Part shown: in pieces, positions 1 through 13,335 of the stretch
Layout of the letters: the number at the start of each line of letters is the position of its first letter
How positions within the stretch are numbered: position 1 is the stretch's first letter
Assembly: GCF_006345805.1 (NCBI RefSeq)
Contig: NC_043009.1
Coordinates: forward strand, 15,686,001-15,750,000
Origin: Octopus sinensis
Taxonomy: Eukaryota
DNA: 64,000 bases
Direction of reading: 5' to 3'
Program-made: the position numbers and the translations under genes
The notes under the pieces: model-generated
Seen by the model: the letters and a program-made list of their open reading frames with translations, nothing else
What the model was told of the DNA's origin: nothing
Databases searched by the model: none

Positions 1-195
1 CTCACCGCTTGACAATTGTTGTTGTGTTGGAGTGTTGACGTCACCGTAATCTGGCGGTTTGGCAAAAGCGATCGACATATCAAGTACTAGTATTAGTAAA
101 ATAACTTAAGTACGAGCGTTGATTTACTGAAGTAAAGATTCTTCAACGTGGTGCCCCAGCATATTCGCAGTCTAACGTCTGAAACAAGTAAACAG
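1..195 (+). mobile_element. Diverged 3' half of tRNA-derived SINE family A
   Basis: Matches, with many substitutions, the 3' half shared by copies at 660, 34887 and 60282 (gcttgacaa..ggcaaaag..aagtactag..ggtgccccagca..gcagtc..tgaaacaagtaaa). Confidence 0.75.
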
Positions 196-659
196 ACAAA
201 AAAAAAACAGAAGTATACATATAACTGTCTATGTATATGTGTATGTCTCAATTTTACGTAAAATTAAAAGAACGTATTCAAAATTTCCGACGCTACAGTT
301 GCTTCAATACCAAACATTCCATTGTTTGTCAAAAGATAAGCAATTTCAAGTAACTGCCAAGAAATGTTTGAAGTATTAAATCTGTTCGAAACCATGTCTA
401 ACAGCCGTGAGAGTAAATGCTTTAAGATATTTTTTTATGAATTAAAGTCAAGTGATAATTACAGATAACTGGAACATTAAGGAAACAGAGAAAATTAAAT
501 ACAAGTCTGTCTATCAATATACATGGGTGTATTAACGGCTTCAAAAGTGAGAAAATATTTGATTTTTGCAGTGTTAGACGTAATGCATATTTACAGACTT
601 GTATACATATATACATACATGCATGCAAATACATACGTACATTCATATACATACTCTCT

Positions 660-1048
660 TTACTCTTTTACTTACTTCAGTCATTTGACTGCGGCCATGC
701 TGGAGCACCGCCTTTAGTCGAGCAAATCGCCCCCGGGACTTATTCTTTGTAAGCCCAGTACTTATTCTATCGGTCTCTTTTGCCGAACCGCTAAGCGACG
801 GGGACGTAAACACACCAGCATGACAAACGCAGACACACAAACACACACACACACACATATATATATACATATATATGACATATATATGACAGGCTTCTTT
901 CAGTTTTTGTCTACCAAATCCACTTACAAGGCATTGGTCGGCCCGGGGCTATAGCAGAAGACACTTGCCCAGATGTCACGCAGTGGGACTGAACCCGCAA
1001 CCATGTGGTTGGTTAGCAAGCTACTTACCACACAGTCACTCCTGCGCC
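660..1048 (-). mobile_element. tRNA-derived SINE family A, near full length
   Basis: The minus strand starts ggcgcaggagtgactgtgtggtaag (A-box-like) and has gggttcagtccc (B-box-like), an internal (TA)/(TG) tract and a 3' end aaatgactgaagtaagtaaaagagtaaa. Same layout as 8+ other copies in the window. Confidence 0.9.
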
Positions 1049-1107
1049 TATATATATATATATATATAATATTATATATAATATAATATATACATATATA
1101 TATACAG

Positions 1108-1168
<61 letters not shown>

Positions 1169-1175
<7 letters not shown>

Positions 1176-2430
1176 TAAATATTAGGGAATAAATCCAAAT
1201 TTACAGGGAAAAAATCAGATTTAGGATTATATGAGGCGTATATGTACTTGTGGGTGTGTGTGAGTGGGGTGGGTGTTTGTATTTGTTATGGGTGTGTGGT
1301 TTACGTGTGTGTATTTATGTGTGAATGTATAGGTTAAAGGGATTCCTATATAAGTATGTTATAGTGTTTAGTAAAGGGAGGTTTTATCATTTATGTTTTG
1401 TGAGTTTTAGCTTATCATGGTAGTTTTATAAAAGAATCCATTCATATTTTTGTGTTTTTTGTTGTGTGGGGTTGAGTGGGTTTTTGGAGTATATGTTGAG
1501 GTTTATATGTATGTATAGGTATGTGTAAGTGGTTGGGTATTTGTATATGTCGTGGGTGTGTGGTTTACGTGTGTGTATTTGTGTGTGAATGTTTAGGTTA
1601 GGGGGATTGCTATATAGGTATGTTATAGAGTTTAGTAAAGGGAGATTTTATCATTATATGTTTTTATGAGTTTTGGTTTATCATGGTAGGTTTGTTAAGG
1701 AATTCGTAGTAATTTGTGTCTATTTGCGATGTCTGTTGTTTTATTGCATTGTTCATTCATAATTTTTAAGTAGTGTTAGTTTTACCAAGTGAATATAATT
1801 TTTAATTCCATTTATTCCATTTCTCCGTTCATAATTTTAAGTGATGTCCGTTTTCTAGAGCGTGAATGTGGGTTGTATGTGTGTGTGTGTGGGAGTATGA
1901 ATAAGTATTGTGTTGAAGTATTTAGCTATTTTATTTATTTATAGTTGCCTAGACGTTTTTATGTGTATGTATAGGGATATATATATAGGTGTGTGATTTA
2001 GTGTATGTAGTTAGATATGGTTATATATAATTAGGTATATGTGTATGGGTGTATATATAGTTTATTATTATATTATTATTATTTTTTTTGTTTTGTTTTA
2101 TATTTTATATTTTATATTTTATATTTTATATTTAATTGTTGATAGGTTTATTTTAGTTATATATTGTTTATATATTGATTATATGGATTATATATAGGTT
2201 ATATATGGATTATATATTTACATTTTTTCATTCATACTTTAATTATTTTAAAATTATTATTTTTATATTTTAAAATATTGATATTTTAGATTGGAAGTCC
2301 ACCTGAAGATTGTCGATCAATACAAGAAACAATTGTAGTGGCGGTTTTTTTGACTATTTATTAAAATTTTATGTATTGATTAAGTCTTTCCTTGTTTGTT
2401 TTGCAAAATAGTGGTTTTGTCTCTAATAAT
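1169..2430 (+). mobile_element. Non-coding PLE-like/retrozyme-like element with terminal hammerhead
   Basis: Bounded by (TA)n on both sides. Strongly C-depleted + strand, internal ~265-bp direct duplication (~1250-1440 vs ~1515-1705) and a hammerhead at 2299-2341 near the 3' end. Confidence 0.6.
2299..2341 (+). ncRNA. Type I hammerhead ribozyme (intact core, GUA site)
   Basis: ccac-CTGAAGA-ttgt(cgatcaat)acaa-GAAAC-aatt-GTA-gtgg. Helix I ccac/gtgg, helix II ttgt/acaa, palindromic helix III acaattgt. Predicted cleavage after 2337. Confidence 0.8.
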
Positions 2431-3649
2431 ATTTTATATATATATATATATATTATATAATATATATATATATAATATATATATATATAATATATATTAT
2501 ATATATATATATTATATATATATAATACACACACATATAATATACCTGTGTGTGAGCGTGTTTGGTAACCGTATTAAATCTATATTTAATTTTCCTTTCT
2601 TAACCTCTCTTACCCTCTCATCAAAAGCTTTCTTCCTTTATTTGATTTTCCTCTTGTGGTTTGTGTTACCTATTTCTCTCACTTTGTCTTACCCCCCCCC
2701 CCCTCGCACTCTCTCTCTCTCTCTCTCAGGCGCAAACCACGGTGGTTCACTTCGTCCAAGAAAATCGTGGTCCTTCACATCTTAAGAAACAGGGTCCGTT
2801 CAACCCTCGGTTTTGACAGTTTTCTCTCGACTTCTCTTTAAAATAATCCGAAATAATTCTACAGGTTTGCCTTTCTATCTCACTGTGGGTACCTCCTTTT
2901 CAATTCGATAAAGAGTAAGCATTATAAGATTCGCAGAATTCTATCTTCGCATTTAACTCTACTACTTTCATGCACTCAATACCGCCTAATTAAAAGAAAA
3001 AAATGTTCTTTGTGCAATTCAGGATTCTTTTCTTTCCTTTTCCTTTTCTGGTTTGTGATTAAAAGTGCACTATTTAATGTTTACCTTTCTCCCTATCTTA
3101 CGAAATTTGACTTGTTAGTGCACGTATTCATCCCGACTAATTCGGCGCCACCACCTCTATCGGAACTCTCTCTCTTTCGTTCTACTTTCTGCAGCTTCAT
3201 TAGGAAATGGAGCCCCTAATCGCTCGCTTCTGAGGAAATTCCTTTGTTCGCAGCAGTTTCTACATTCATGCACAAGATCTGTACCAGCATCTTGCGATGA
3301 TGGCAATAAAATGTCATAGAAAATGCGCAAATAATTGTATTATTAGTGGGATTAGGAACCTGTATCTATTGTTAGTAGTTTAAACGGCAAGTATTGCAGC
3401 ATATACAGGATGTATTGAAAAATGAATAAACGATAGCAAATTAAATCAAAATTTAATCGTGTATATAAATTTACTAAGCGCTGGCAAAGCACATACCATA
3501 CTTTTTATTTGTTGCAGACACAAATCCCATCACACTGTAATGAACTAACAGCCAGACAGATTTACTACTGAAAACAAACCCCAACTATTTGTAGATTTCA
3601 AAGTTTTAGTGCAGCAATTATAGTCGTGCGCACAGTAAAACTCATATGT

Positions 3650-3830
3650 ATATTTCTTGCTCAGTCTCCCCTTCCTTGGACCTCTCCTTATTCTATGTTT
3701 CTGATGAAGAGCTCCGATCGAAGCGTTAAATTTTCCATCTTTCTTTCCTTTCCAGAGCGTCTAATAACACTATACTTGTTCCACGTGCTCGCGTTCTTGT
3801 GTTTGCTCTTTGTTCCTGTTTAGATTAATT
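3650..3830 (+). mobile_element. PLE pseudo-LTR fragment with degenerate hammerhead (3697-3731)
   Basis: gttt-CTGATGA-a-gagc(tcc)gatc-GAAGC-GTT-aaat. The core has A15.1>G and helix II has one mismatch. Pyrimidine-rich flanks typical of PLE 3' regions, ending at (TA)n. Confidence 0.55.
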
Positions 3831-4677
3831 ATATATATATGTTTGCATTAACTATATATATATATATATATTCAGTAAAAGCAATTAAGATTCAAGTGAG
3901 TTCCAATGAATTCACATGAATGAGGTACTTAACTTAGATGCACCAGAAATTTATATGGTATTAACCATAAAATATGGGGTGATTATAAACAAGAAAAAAG
4001 CAACATATATATATATATATTGCTATGATATTACATTCCTGCACAACATCTATTTTCTGAGTCTATGATAAGGTTTACTGATAGTAATTCTAAAATTACA
4101 CCTATTTTTATTATCTTCCATCATCATTTAACAACTGGTAAGTTATATTCAATACGATAGCTTGCATGCTTGCAGTAGATAAGGTGTCTTTACTCATACA
4201 GGATTTGGTACAGCACGTACCAAATCCTGTATAGTTTCTTCTTTGCAGAAGCAATTACTTGAGAGAAGACACTACCAGTATTATCCCATCGTCTTACATA
4301 AGAGAGTCCTAAAATTAATAATGTTTTTACAAAACCATGTTTGTATTATTCTACAATGTCACTCGCGTTTCTAAGCCACAAATCTTATAGATTTAACATG
4401 AGAGGAAATTAACCTCATAATGAATCCCAAAGCATTAATTCGTTTAGAGCATCATTTTGAATTAGAGATTGTTATATCGCAATACTACACAGTGGCTGTG
4501 TGAGCTACGAAATCCTCGTCGCCAATGTTATATCGCACGTTCGGATGACCTCTACTCAACTCCTGACGTCTAGACTTTTCCCTGTATATCTACGAATTGG
4601 GCTAGCCTACTTCATCGTCTGGGGGCGTTCACACAACAAAGATGCAAGAGATTTGCTTAACATGACAATGATCATCG

Positions 4678-4696
4678 TAATAATAATAATAATAAC

Positions 4697-4754
<58 letters not shown>

Positions 4755-4755
4755 G
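4678..4755. repeat. (TAA)n microsatellite
   Basis: Direct inspection. Confidence 0.95.
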
Positions 4756-5544
4756 TGTAATGACAGAAACATTGACTGTACAACAAAATAGGGGTGGGCA
4801 TAACATGGTTTAATCCTTCGTAATGTTGACAAGTTATATTGAATATGCATAAGGTATCATAAAATATACTTGGGGAAAATTCCCTGCTATAATATACGTA
4901 TCACTTATTTTTTAATACTGGCACAGTGAAATCGTCTAACTCTGTGACTCCAAAGCTGGTTAATGCATTTGTTGCCTATGGCTACTATAGACTGAACAGT
5001 GGCAGTAATGATAAAAACTGTAATAAGCGTTTACCAGACGTTATGATTCACGGAGATAATAGAAAGAATGGTAGGGATTTCAAAGCTCGTCTGTTGAAGA
5101 AAAGGAGGGTATATTCTGAAGACTTACATACATGGAATAATCAGACTACGTAGAAGACGCTAACGGCGATAACAAGCTTAGTATGTATAGCGTTGAAAGA
5201 AGTGATAGTAAGCCAGATATCAGAGTTGCTATCTGACATGTTATAGATAGCTTATCTTCTGTAGTCATATTGTGACAAATCTCACCTACTAATTGTCAAA
5301 TTATTACAAAGGATACCCAGAATGCAGGTAATTAATAAAAGTGCTAGTCCACATCCCCTTAAAGGATTGTGTTTCAGAAAACATGCCTTATAATGAAGTA
5401 ATGAAATTACATGGTAAGCTGCCTTCTTAACTACAGTTGGTAAATTGTAATACAACAAAGTGACTTTCAACTGAAAAGTTACTTGTGACTTTAGACACTT
5501 TTATAAGAAACCTTGTACATATATTATTATGATATATTATTAAA

Positions 5545-5619
5545 CAGTTCTACATACATATATACATACATACATACATACATACATACATACATACATG
5601 CATACATATATACATACAT

Positions 5620-5656
<37 letters not shown>

Positions 5657-5705
5657 CATACATACATACATACATACATACATACATACATACATACATA
5701 CATGC
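5545..5705. repeat. (TACA)n/(TA)n compound microsatellite
   Basis: Direct inspection. Source of the spurious YIHT/MYVC ORFs. Confidence 0.95.
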
Positions 5706-6507
5706 ACATGTCTGTATCCATATATGCATAAGTTTCTTAAGATAGCAATCATGATCTATATACAGATTAATTGACTATCCATATTCCTCGAGATACTGAT
5801 CTCTGAGGGATCGATTGGAAGGGTACTTGAAATATCGGCAATGTTCGTGCTTAATGAAGTGTCATTAATTTATTACATGACCTCAATTAAATTATACAAA
5901 CATACCGCTGAGAATTAAATTCTTTGAGATTTCGAACTTAGATAATTACAATGAAGTCCACTATTAATTAGACGTTTATAAACTTTAATTAAATTCATGA
6001 TATTGGACCACTTGTGTGTGTATCTGTATATAAACATGTGCGTGTGGGTGTGTGCTTGTATGCGTTTATGCGTATATGTATGGATCATTCAGGAATGCAA
6101 TATTTAATGGATCTGTTAATGATTAGTTGTTAATTATTAATATATTGGCTGCGAGCACATATATTGCTGCCCCGGCAGAAACAACTATGTATCTTTTAAC
6201 CGACAGCGTAGGAACCTATCTTCCTTTGACTTTGAAGTTATAGGAGTACATTCTGAAATACAAATCGAGGCATTGATTATTCTCTTTGGCTTTAGGGCAG
6301 TTCTAACCGATACATCGTGAAGCTGATTCATTTTCCCAAATGGAATGTAATACGTAAATACTGTTCAGAGAGCACCTAGATAATTACGTCTGTGTACAAG
6401 TTATCTTCAGAACAAAGAATTACAAAATTATATGCGAAAAAATTTCCAAATGTGTAAGCGATAACTCTCACACACTCTTCACATATATGAATTAATTTAT
6501 ATCTAAA

Positions 6508-6654
6508 CTAGCAAAGGCACCCGTCTTGTTGACGGTTTAAGCTGCTTGTTTTCGGGTTTAGTCCCACTGCGTGGTACCTTGAGCAAGTGTCTTCTGCTAT
6601 AGCCTCAGGTCGACCAAAGCCTTCGGAGTGGATTTCGTAGACGGAAGCCCGTCG

Positions 6655-6735
<81 letters not shown>

Positions 6736-8170
6736 GTGTGTGTGTGTGTGTGCGTGTGTGCGTGTGTGTGTGTATGTTTGTGTGTCTGTTTATGCCCCCA
6801 CCATCGCTTGACAATCGATGTTGGTGTGTTTACGTGCCCGTAACATAGCGGTTCGGCAAAAGAGAACGATAGAATAAGTACTAGGCTTACAAAGAATAAG
6901 TTCTGGCCTGAATTGTTCGACTAAAAGCGGTACCTCCAGCATGGCCGCGGTCAAAGGGCTGAAACAAATAAAAGAACAAAAAAAGAATAAATAATTGAAC
7001 TTCCGAGAAGGTTTATGTGTACCACGGCAATCTATGTTTCTGATTAAGTTCGGAACTGAAAACCAAAGGCTGGTTATTGTGGAGGTCGTTGCACTTTAAT
7101 GGTGATAGAACATATAACTTTGCAAGCGATGCATAGTAGAACTACTGAAGCGTTTTGGAAGTAGATTACGGATAATGACTACACAGTATAGTATAGCTGT
7201 TTTACATGAAAGCGAAATTTCCTGTCCGAAACAGCCAGATAAATGGTGTAAGGAAATTGAAGGAAGACGTTAAAACTTCCCCTCTGCGAGTATATTTTAT
7301 TCACCAGCAAATGGAGCTCTTTTTTCGGAGAGGTATGATTGGTACGTCCAAAAATGGCAATATTGCACCTATTTGAAAAGGGATTACGTGCTTACAGTGT
7401 ACGACCACTCTGAGATTGACGCCAGGTAACGAAACATCAAGACATGAAGCGTTTGACTTCAGTTCACAAATACTGCTTTGAATCTTTAGCAGTTCGTAGC
7501 GAAAAGATGTCGCGATCGAAATATCATAATGGATGGGTAAATAAGCATCCTTAAAGAGAAACAACGCAGTGGTAGGTAAACAAAGGTATCAACAAATAGA
7601 AGAGAGGGAATGGAACATCACCTTTCAAGTAACTCAGAATAGGTAGAGGTAAGCCTGCCAAAGTTTCATGCAGTTTAAATATGGAGATTAAAATTGTTTG
7701 GTATTGGATATTCATCGCATATAGTGTTCCTAGTGAGTTTAATCAGTGTCGCAGGTAGACAATCGAAATAAATAAATAGACAAAATACTTTCAGTTTTAT
7801 AATATTCTCTAGCCAAGTAATAATACACAATTACAGTATATAAAAATAAATACATAAAAATGTGAAAACCACTAAAAAGTATTCTCTAATGCCAATATAC
7901 GTTCATATAGATTCAAAAAGTATGAAAGACCCTACAATCAAAAGAAATATGTCCATAAAATGAATTAGAGAAATCCCGTGTAAACCACCTTTTATACCTG
8001 TTTGTCCTTTTACTCGGGGGGCTGGGGCTCTGGCCAAAATGTTATAATGCATGACCATCCTTGGGACATATGTAATGTGTGTGTGAAGTTTGGCGAAAAT
8101 CGGTTAAGAATTGTGGAAATCTATGCGGTGGTCATTATACACACACATACTGCGATTTATTTATACTAGA
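6508..8170 (-). mobile_element. Non-autonomous Helitron-like element (both ends; contains SINE insertion)
   Basis: Minus-strand 5' end A|TCTAGTATAAATAAA at 8170. Minus-strand 3' end has a hairpin ccgtc/gacgg (6521-6535) followed by CTAG|T at 6508-6511. 7960-8170 is homologous to 32882-33070. That both ends belong to one copy is inferred. Confidence 0.55.
6549..6980 (+). mobile_element. tRNA-derived SINE family A (5'-truncated head)
   Basis: gggtttagtcccactgcgtggtaccttgagcaagtg..(TA)n(TG)n..gcttgacaatcgatgttgg..cagcatggccgcggtcaaa. Confidence 0.9.
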
Positions 8171-10122
8171 TATAATCTGTATTTTGATAACTGGAATTTC
8201 TGATCGTCATATACTCAAGAAACTGTTCTTGTTATTATTGAGAGACCCTAGGAAGTTAAGAACACATTATGTAATGCATATTGCATCACTCTTTACGGTA
8301 AACGGTAGATTGTGGTTTGCTGGGATGTGGGTGTTAATTATATTGATCGAGTAATTCTATACCTAATTCTTATATATTTGTATATCATATATAGTTGTCG
8401 AAGTCAGTTTCTTCATACAATTTGCAGAAAACATCAATACGTCGTAGTAAATATTAGACATACATTGAAAAAATATATTTATTACATAATGCATATAAGT
8501 GTGTACGAGGATGCGCACATAAAAGTACTACTGTGCTTGCTTAACCCTTTGATATTCTCATATCTTATATATGAAATATATTTATATATTCCTATGTAAA
8601 ACTTATTCATTGATCTCTATTGAAGTTCGTGATATTTAATTACGAACAATGTTTTCCCAATTAACCATCAACCAAGTGTCTAGATTTATCTTTAACTAGT
8701 TTAAAGGGTTTTATGGGTCATTAATTGATTATTTTGGTTCTTTGATCATCTGGGTGACGTGATACAGTACACATGATTTAGTACTATGATATTATCGTAC
8801 TTTGTGCTTCTTCTAAATATTTGGCTGAATGTAGCCTAAATATGTATTGTGCCGTCTATAAGAATTATTGTGTTTATTTATGATGGAAGCATTAAGGCTG
8901 TGAATATATTGCAGAACTAGATAGTAAAAACTTTATATATGCTTCCATTAGAGGAATGAATATTTCACGTCTAATCAAAGGGAAAGCTTGGCTCTATGCG
9001 AGATTGCAATTACTGTAATAGCTGGAAGGGATCGTTATTTAAATATCCATTACTTACAGATTTCCACGTGAATAATTTCGGAAAATGACAAATGTAGTTT
9101 AAATAATTGTTTATGTCATGTTTCATGTTTTAACCCAAATAGTTACATGAGCATGTTTCCTTTTATATCACATGGAAATATAAAGTTCCACTCCTTCTTA
9201 ACTGACATCTTAAATCATAAATCGTGTAAATCAAGTATTTCTGGTCTGTAGAGCCAGAAAACATCTATGTCAGAAAAGAAAAATTAATTCTTTTCTTTCT
9301 TTTCCTCTGCTTTTTAGTAGAACAAGAATATAAATTTGGAAACATATATTAGTGAACTGCCGCATAAATCTGGATTAAGAATGTTCACAAATACTAGATT
9401 TTAAATATATGAATAGAAAACACGTTCTTCTGCCAGTCAGGATCAATAAATAGCAAAACTTTGGTTTCGATTCATACTCATGCATTTATATGCAAATCGA
9501 AAAGGAACGTAGAGAGCCAATTCAAAACGAATTTTCTCAAATTTGCACGGTGTCCACCTGCGTTGTAATTATAGACATATTATTACACCAATGGAGTGTT
9601 ATTGGTCAATTGAAAAATGTTGTGCTATAATCTCCCAATATAATAATGAGCTTAGTGTTTTTTTATATATCTGTATATATATATGTGTGTGTGTTTCTCC
9701 AGAATCACGCCGGGCGCGGAAGAGAGAAAATAATAATTCAGTGACGTAGAAGTAGTGAGAGTAATAGCCCTGACTGAGAGGGAGTGAGAGAAAGTAATAG
9801 CAATGAGAGAAAGGAAGGAGTGATAGATGAATAAGGAAGGAAGTGGTGAAAAATATCGGCGTTTCAACTGTGTGATTGTGTGTATAGATACATGCACACA
9901 TACATACATACATACATACATACATACATACATTAATATTCAGTAGAAGTAACGAAGTGACTCCATGTGATGAAATTTGTAGCCCTTAATATTTGTGAAA
10001 TGCATCTGCTAATATTATTACGTAATTTGGAGCTCCCAGAAGCAGCTGGCATAATTCTGAACATAATTCTTGTGCTTTCTGCATTAGGTGTAAGTGTGTA
10101 TTGTCAATATGTATATATATAC

Positions 10123-10162
<40 letters not shown>

Positions 10163-10449
10163 TAATGGTGTCATTGAGACCCAAGGTTGTCAGGTAATAA
10201 GTGCTATAGACAGACCAGAGTTAAGTTCCAGATTCGGTAATATTGCGAGTAAAGGGTTCAACATTGGTTCTATGTCAGCGGGTGTATATCAGAATTTTTT
10301 GCGTAATGAAATAAAAACCAAGCCTTGGATTTTTATCGCATTATGGAAAAAATTCATGTATATATATATATATATAGCTATAGCTATAGATATATACATT
10401 CATGCATACATACATATATATATATATAATATATATATATATATATAAT

Positions 10450-10800
10450 CTTTTCGTCAGAAAAAAAGGAGGAAAGTCGAAAAGAACAGGAAGACGGAGG
10501 GGAAAAATCGCCTAAGATCCAAATGCGGTTACACTTTGAAATGACCGGAAGGGAATGGGTGAAGAAAAAAGTTCTTTCTAAGAAACGAGAGTTTAAGAGA
10601 AGTATGTGTATGTATGTGTGCGTATGTGTGTGCATGAGCGTGTGTATATGTGTGTGTGCGTGTATGTGAGTGTGTGTGTGTATGTACGTGCGTGTGTGTA
10701 TGTGCGTGTGTGTATGTGCGTGTGTGCACATATATACAAATATTGATAGTGTGTGTGAGAGAGAAATAGAGATAGATAATAATTCAGTGACGTAGAAGTG
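10450..10800 (-). mobile_element. PLE-type pseudo-LTR fragment truncated inside its hammerhead
   Basis: The minus strand is pyrimidine-rich and ends tttttttCTGACGAaaaga, then (TA)n; the rest of the ribozyme is missing. Shares ataataattcagtgacgtagaagt with ~9731-9754. Confidence 0.45.
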
Positions 10801-11213
10801 TGTGTATCTATAATAATAATAACAATAATAATAATAACAATAATAATAATCATTATTATTATTGTTATTAAATACTCTAGGATACATATATGTCACCTGG
10901 AAACATATATATTTAGAGTAATCTCTAAATTCTTATATGAGAATTAATATTGCAATTATATACTAAGCGTTAAATAACTGACTTTTAATCACAAATTGTT
11001 TGCAAATCGGAAACGTCTGGAGATATCCCTTACTAATTACAAACATATGTATGAGCCAATATCAAGGCAGGAAACACAAAAGAGGGCAGCGATATCGAAC
11101 ACTCTACTTCACCAGAAACCAAATCAATAAACTAGGCCACTGAAAATGTGATTTCCATGGCGGTGCCCCAGCGTGGCAGCAGCCTCAACCTCAGCCATAC
11201 AAAGAATAAAAGA

Positions 11214-11263
<50 letters not shown>

Positions 11264-11359
11264 ATATATATATATATATTCGTATATATATATATGGTAA
11301 AGAAAGCTAGCTATATAGATCGTTAGACAGGTAGAAATATAGATAGATATACATAGATA

Positions 11360-11390
<31 letters not shown>

Positions 11391-11504
11391 CATGCATGCA
11401 TATATATGTATATATATAATAATAATATATAAATAATATATAAATATATGCATATATACATAGATATATGTACATACCTACATATAAATGTATATATATA
11501 CATG

Positions 11505-12039
11505 CATATATGGGCACAGGACATTAAAAATAACGTTCAACACAATGAGAAACGAATACAAAAACCAAAACATAGAAACGAACTTTTTTTCGAACAACGA
11601 AAAAAAACAGAGAAACGAGACATACAACATAAAGAATATTCCCCTTATTCAGTTGTTCCTGTTTCATCTACTCTGCGTTATGAAGGCAAGGACAAGACAC
11701 GACTTCGTTAAAACAGTCCTTCCCGCAAAGGAAATTCAATAAAATTTGGAATTTTTTGCGGAGGGTGAAAGTGGTAACAAGAACAGGACAGTGATGACAA
11801 AACAGTAAAATCAGTAAAAAGAACAGAACAGTGAGAACAAAACAGTAAAAACAAATGGTGAGGGCTGTTAAACCAAGATGATAGACAATTTGTTATGACC
11901 GCTAGGAAGATGAGCTTATGAAGGAGACAGTATAAGCACGTTTTGTCTTTACGAAGGTTGTGGGCAGAAAGATAGATTATATTTCATCACACGTCAGCGC
12001 TCGGCAGTGAAGTGAATGCACACTATAAAAATAAAACTA

Positions 12040-12040
<1 letters not shown>
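11505..12040 (-). mobile_element. Non-coding interspersed repeat related to the 5' flank of the PLE at 62064
   Basis: The minus-strand 3' part (ttgtatgtctcgtttctctg..gttcgtttctatgtt..tttctcattgtgttgaacgttattt..tgtcct) aligns by eye to 62064-62170. Confidence 0.55.
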
Positions 12041-12042
<2 letters not shown>

Positions 12043-12132
<90 letters not shown>

Positions 12133-12145
12133 AATAATAATAATA
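12043..12145. repeat. (AAT)n microsatellite
   Basis: Direct inspection. Confidence 0.95.
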
Positions 12146-13335
12146 TGAAGACAATGCAAACTCAATCCAGCTATATGAAGGCAAATCAATCTCAATCAAG
12201 CTATTAATACCTGGGAATACTTGAGAGAGATGGAATCAAGCACCACGACATGCAAGAAAAGATAAAAAGGGAGTGTCCGTTGCGAGTGAGAAAAATACTG
12301 GCTTCAAAGCTGAATGCCAGAAATATAATTTCAGCAATAAACTTGCGCGCAGTTTCAGTAATTCGGTATGTCGCTGGAACCCTGAAGTGAACAGGAAAGG
12401 AGTGAAAGGAGAAGGACAGGAAGACAACAAAGCTTCTGATGATGCATGACGCCCATTATCAACGTGCAGACACTGATCGCCCACACATGATGAGTGCAAA
12501 TGGTGGAAGGAGATTGATAAATATGGAAAACTGCGTGCGTATCGAACTCGAGAGCTTAATCAGATACCTATTCCAAAATAATTAAACCTTGCTAGTGACA
12601 ATTAGGAACGAAGGAGTATTGAGAGCAGAGAAATAAGGGAAAAAAGGACGAAGTATAAAAGGACATGAAGAAGAATAACTCAAGAAGGGAATTCACAATC
12701 AATTCCATATAGCCACAACAGAAGTTACTGGAAAAAGGAAGTGGAATTGGCTGATGAAAGGAACGCTATAAAAAGAGACCGAGAGCACTATATTGGCAGA
12801 GCAAGACCAAGCTCTGGCCATGAACAGGGGGGCTAACCCCAGGAATGAACAAGTGTCTCCACTCTGCCGCATTTGCAATATAGTTGATGAAACTATTGTC
12901 CATATCACGAAGGAATACCCTTCACTTGCCCAACACCACTACATGTTATGGCGATATGACCAGGTAGCGAAAGTACTACATTGGAAACTGTACGAAACGT
13001 AGGGGCTAGAGAGGAGTAAAACGTGGTATGAACACAAACCACAGTGTTAAAGAGCCAGAGATTAGCAAAATTCCCAAACCGAACAGACCAGGCTCTAGAG
13101 CATAACATACCGGCCATAGTAGTTGAAGTTGCATGCCCCTTTGACCCGCAAATACTCAAGAAAGAAGGCGAAATGATAGATAATACAACCCTCTTAATTA
13201 TGAAGTAGTCAGGCTATGGAAAATGAAGACGGAGATAGTGCCAATTATTGTTGGGCTATTGGGAACAATATCAGAAGGCATCAAGGTGAATATAAGGGAA
13301 ACTGGAATAGTGAGACCAGTAGAAATGTTACAAAA
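12146..13335 (+). mobile_element. Decayed R4/Dong-type LINE (late RT, CCHC, RLE)
   Basis: With frameshifts and stops: YLGILERDGIKH..RVRKILASKLNARNIISAIN..RYVAG..DRKTTKLLMMH..GGRRL (post-RT region), LCRICNIVDETIVHI (zinc knuckle), VVEVACPFD and PIIVGLLG (restriction-like endonuclease end). Confidence 0.85.

Noticed and set aside
1240-2290. Mitochondrial insertion (NUMT) suggested by G/T skew
   Set aside because: No mitochondrial gene, rRNA or tRNA similarity recognised, and it ends in a hammerhead like other repeats.
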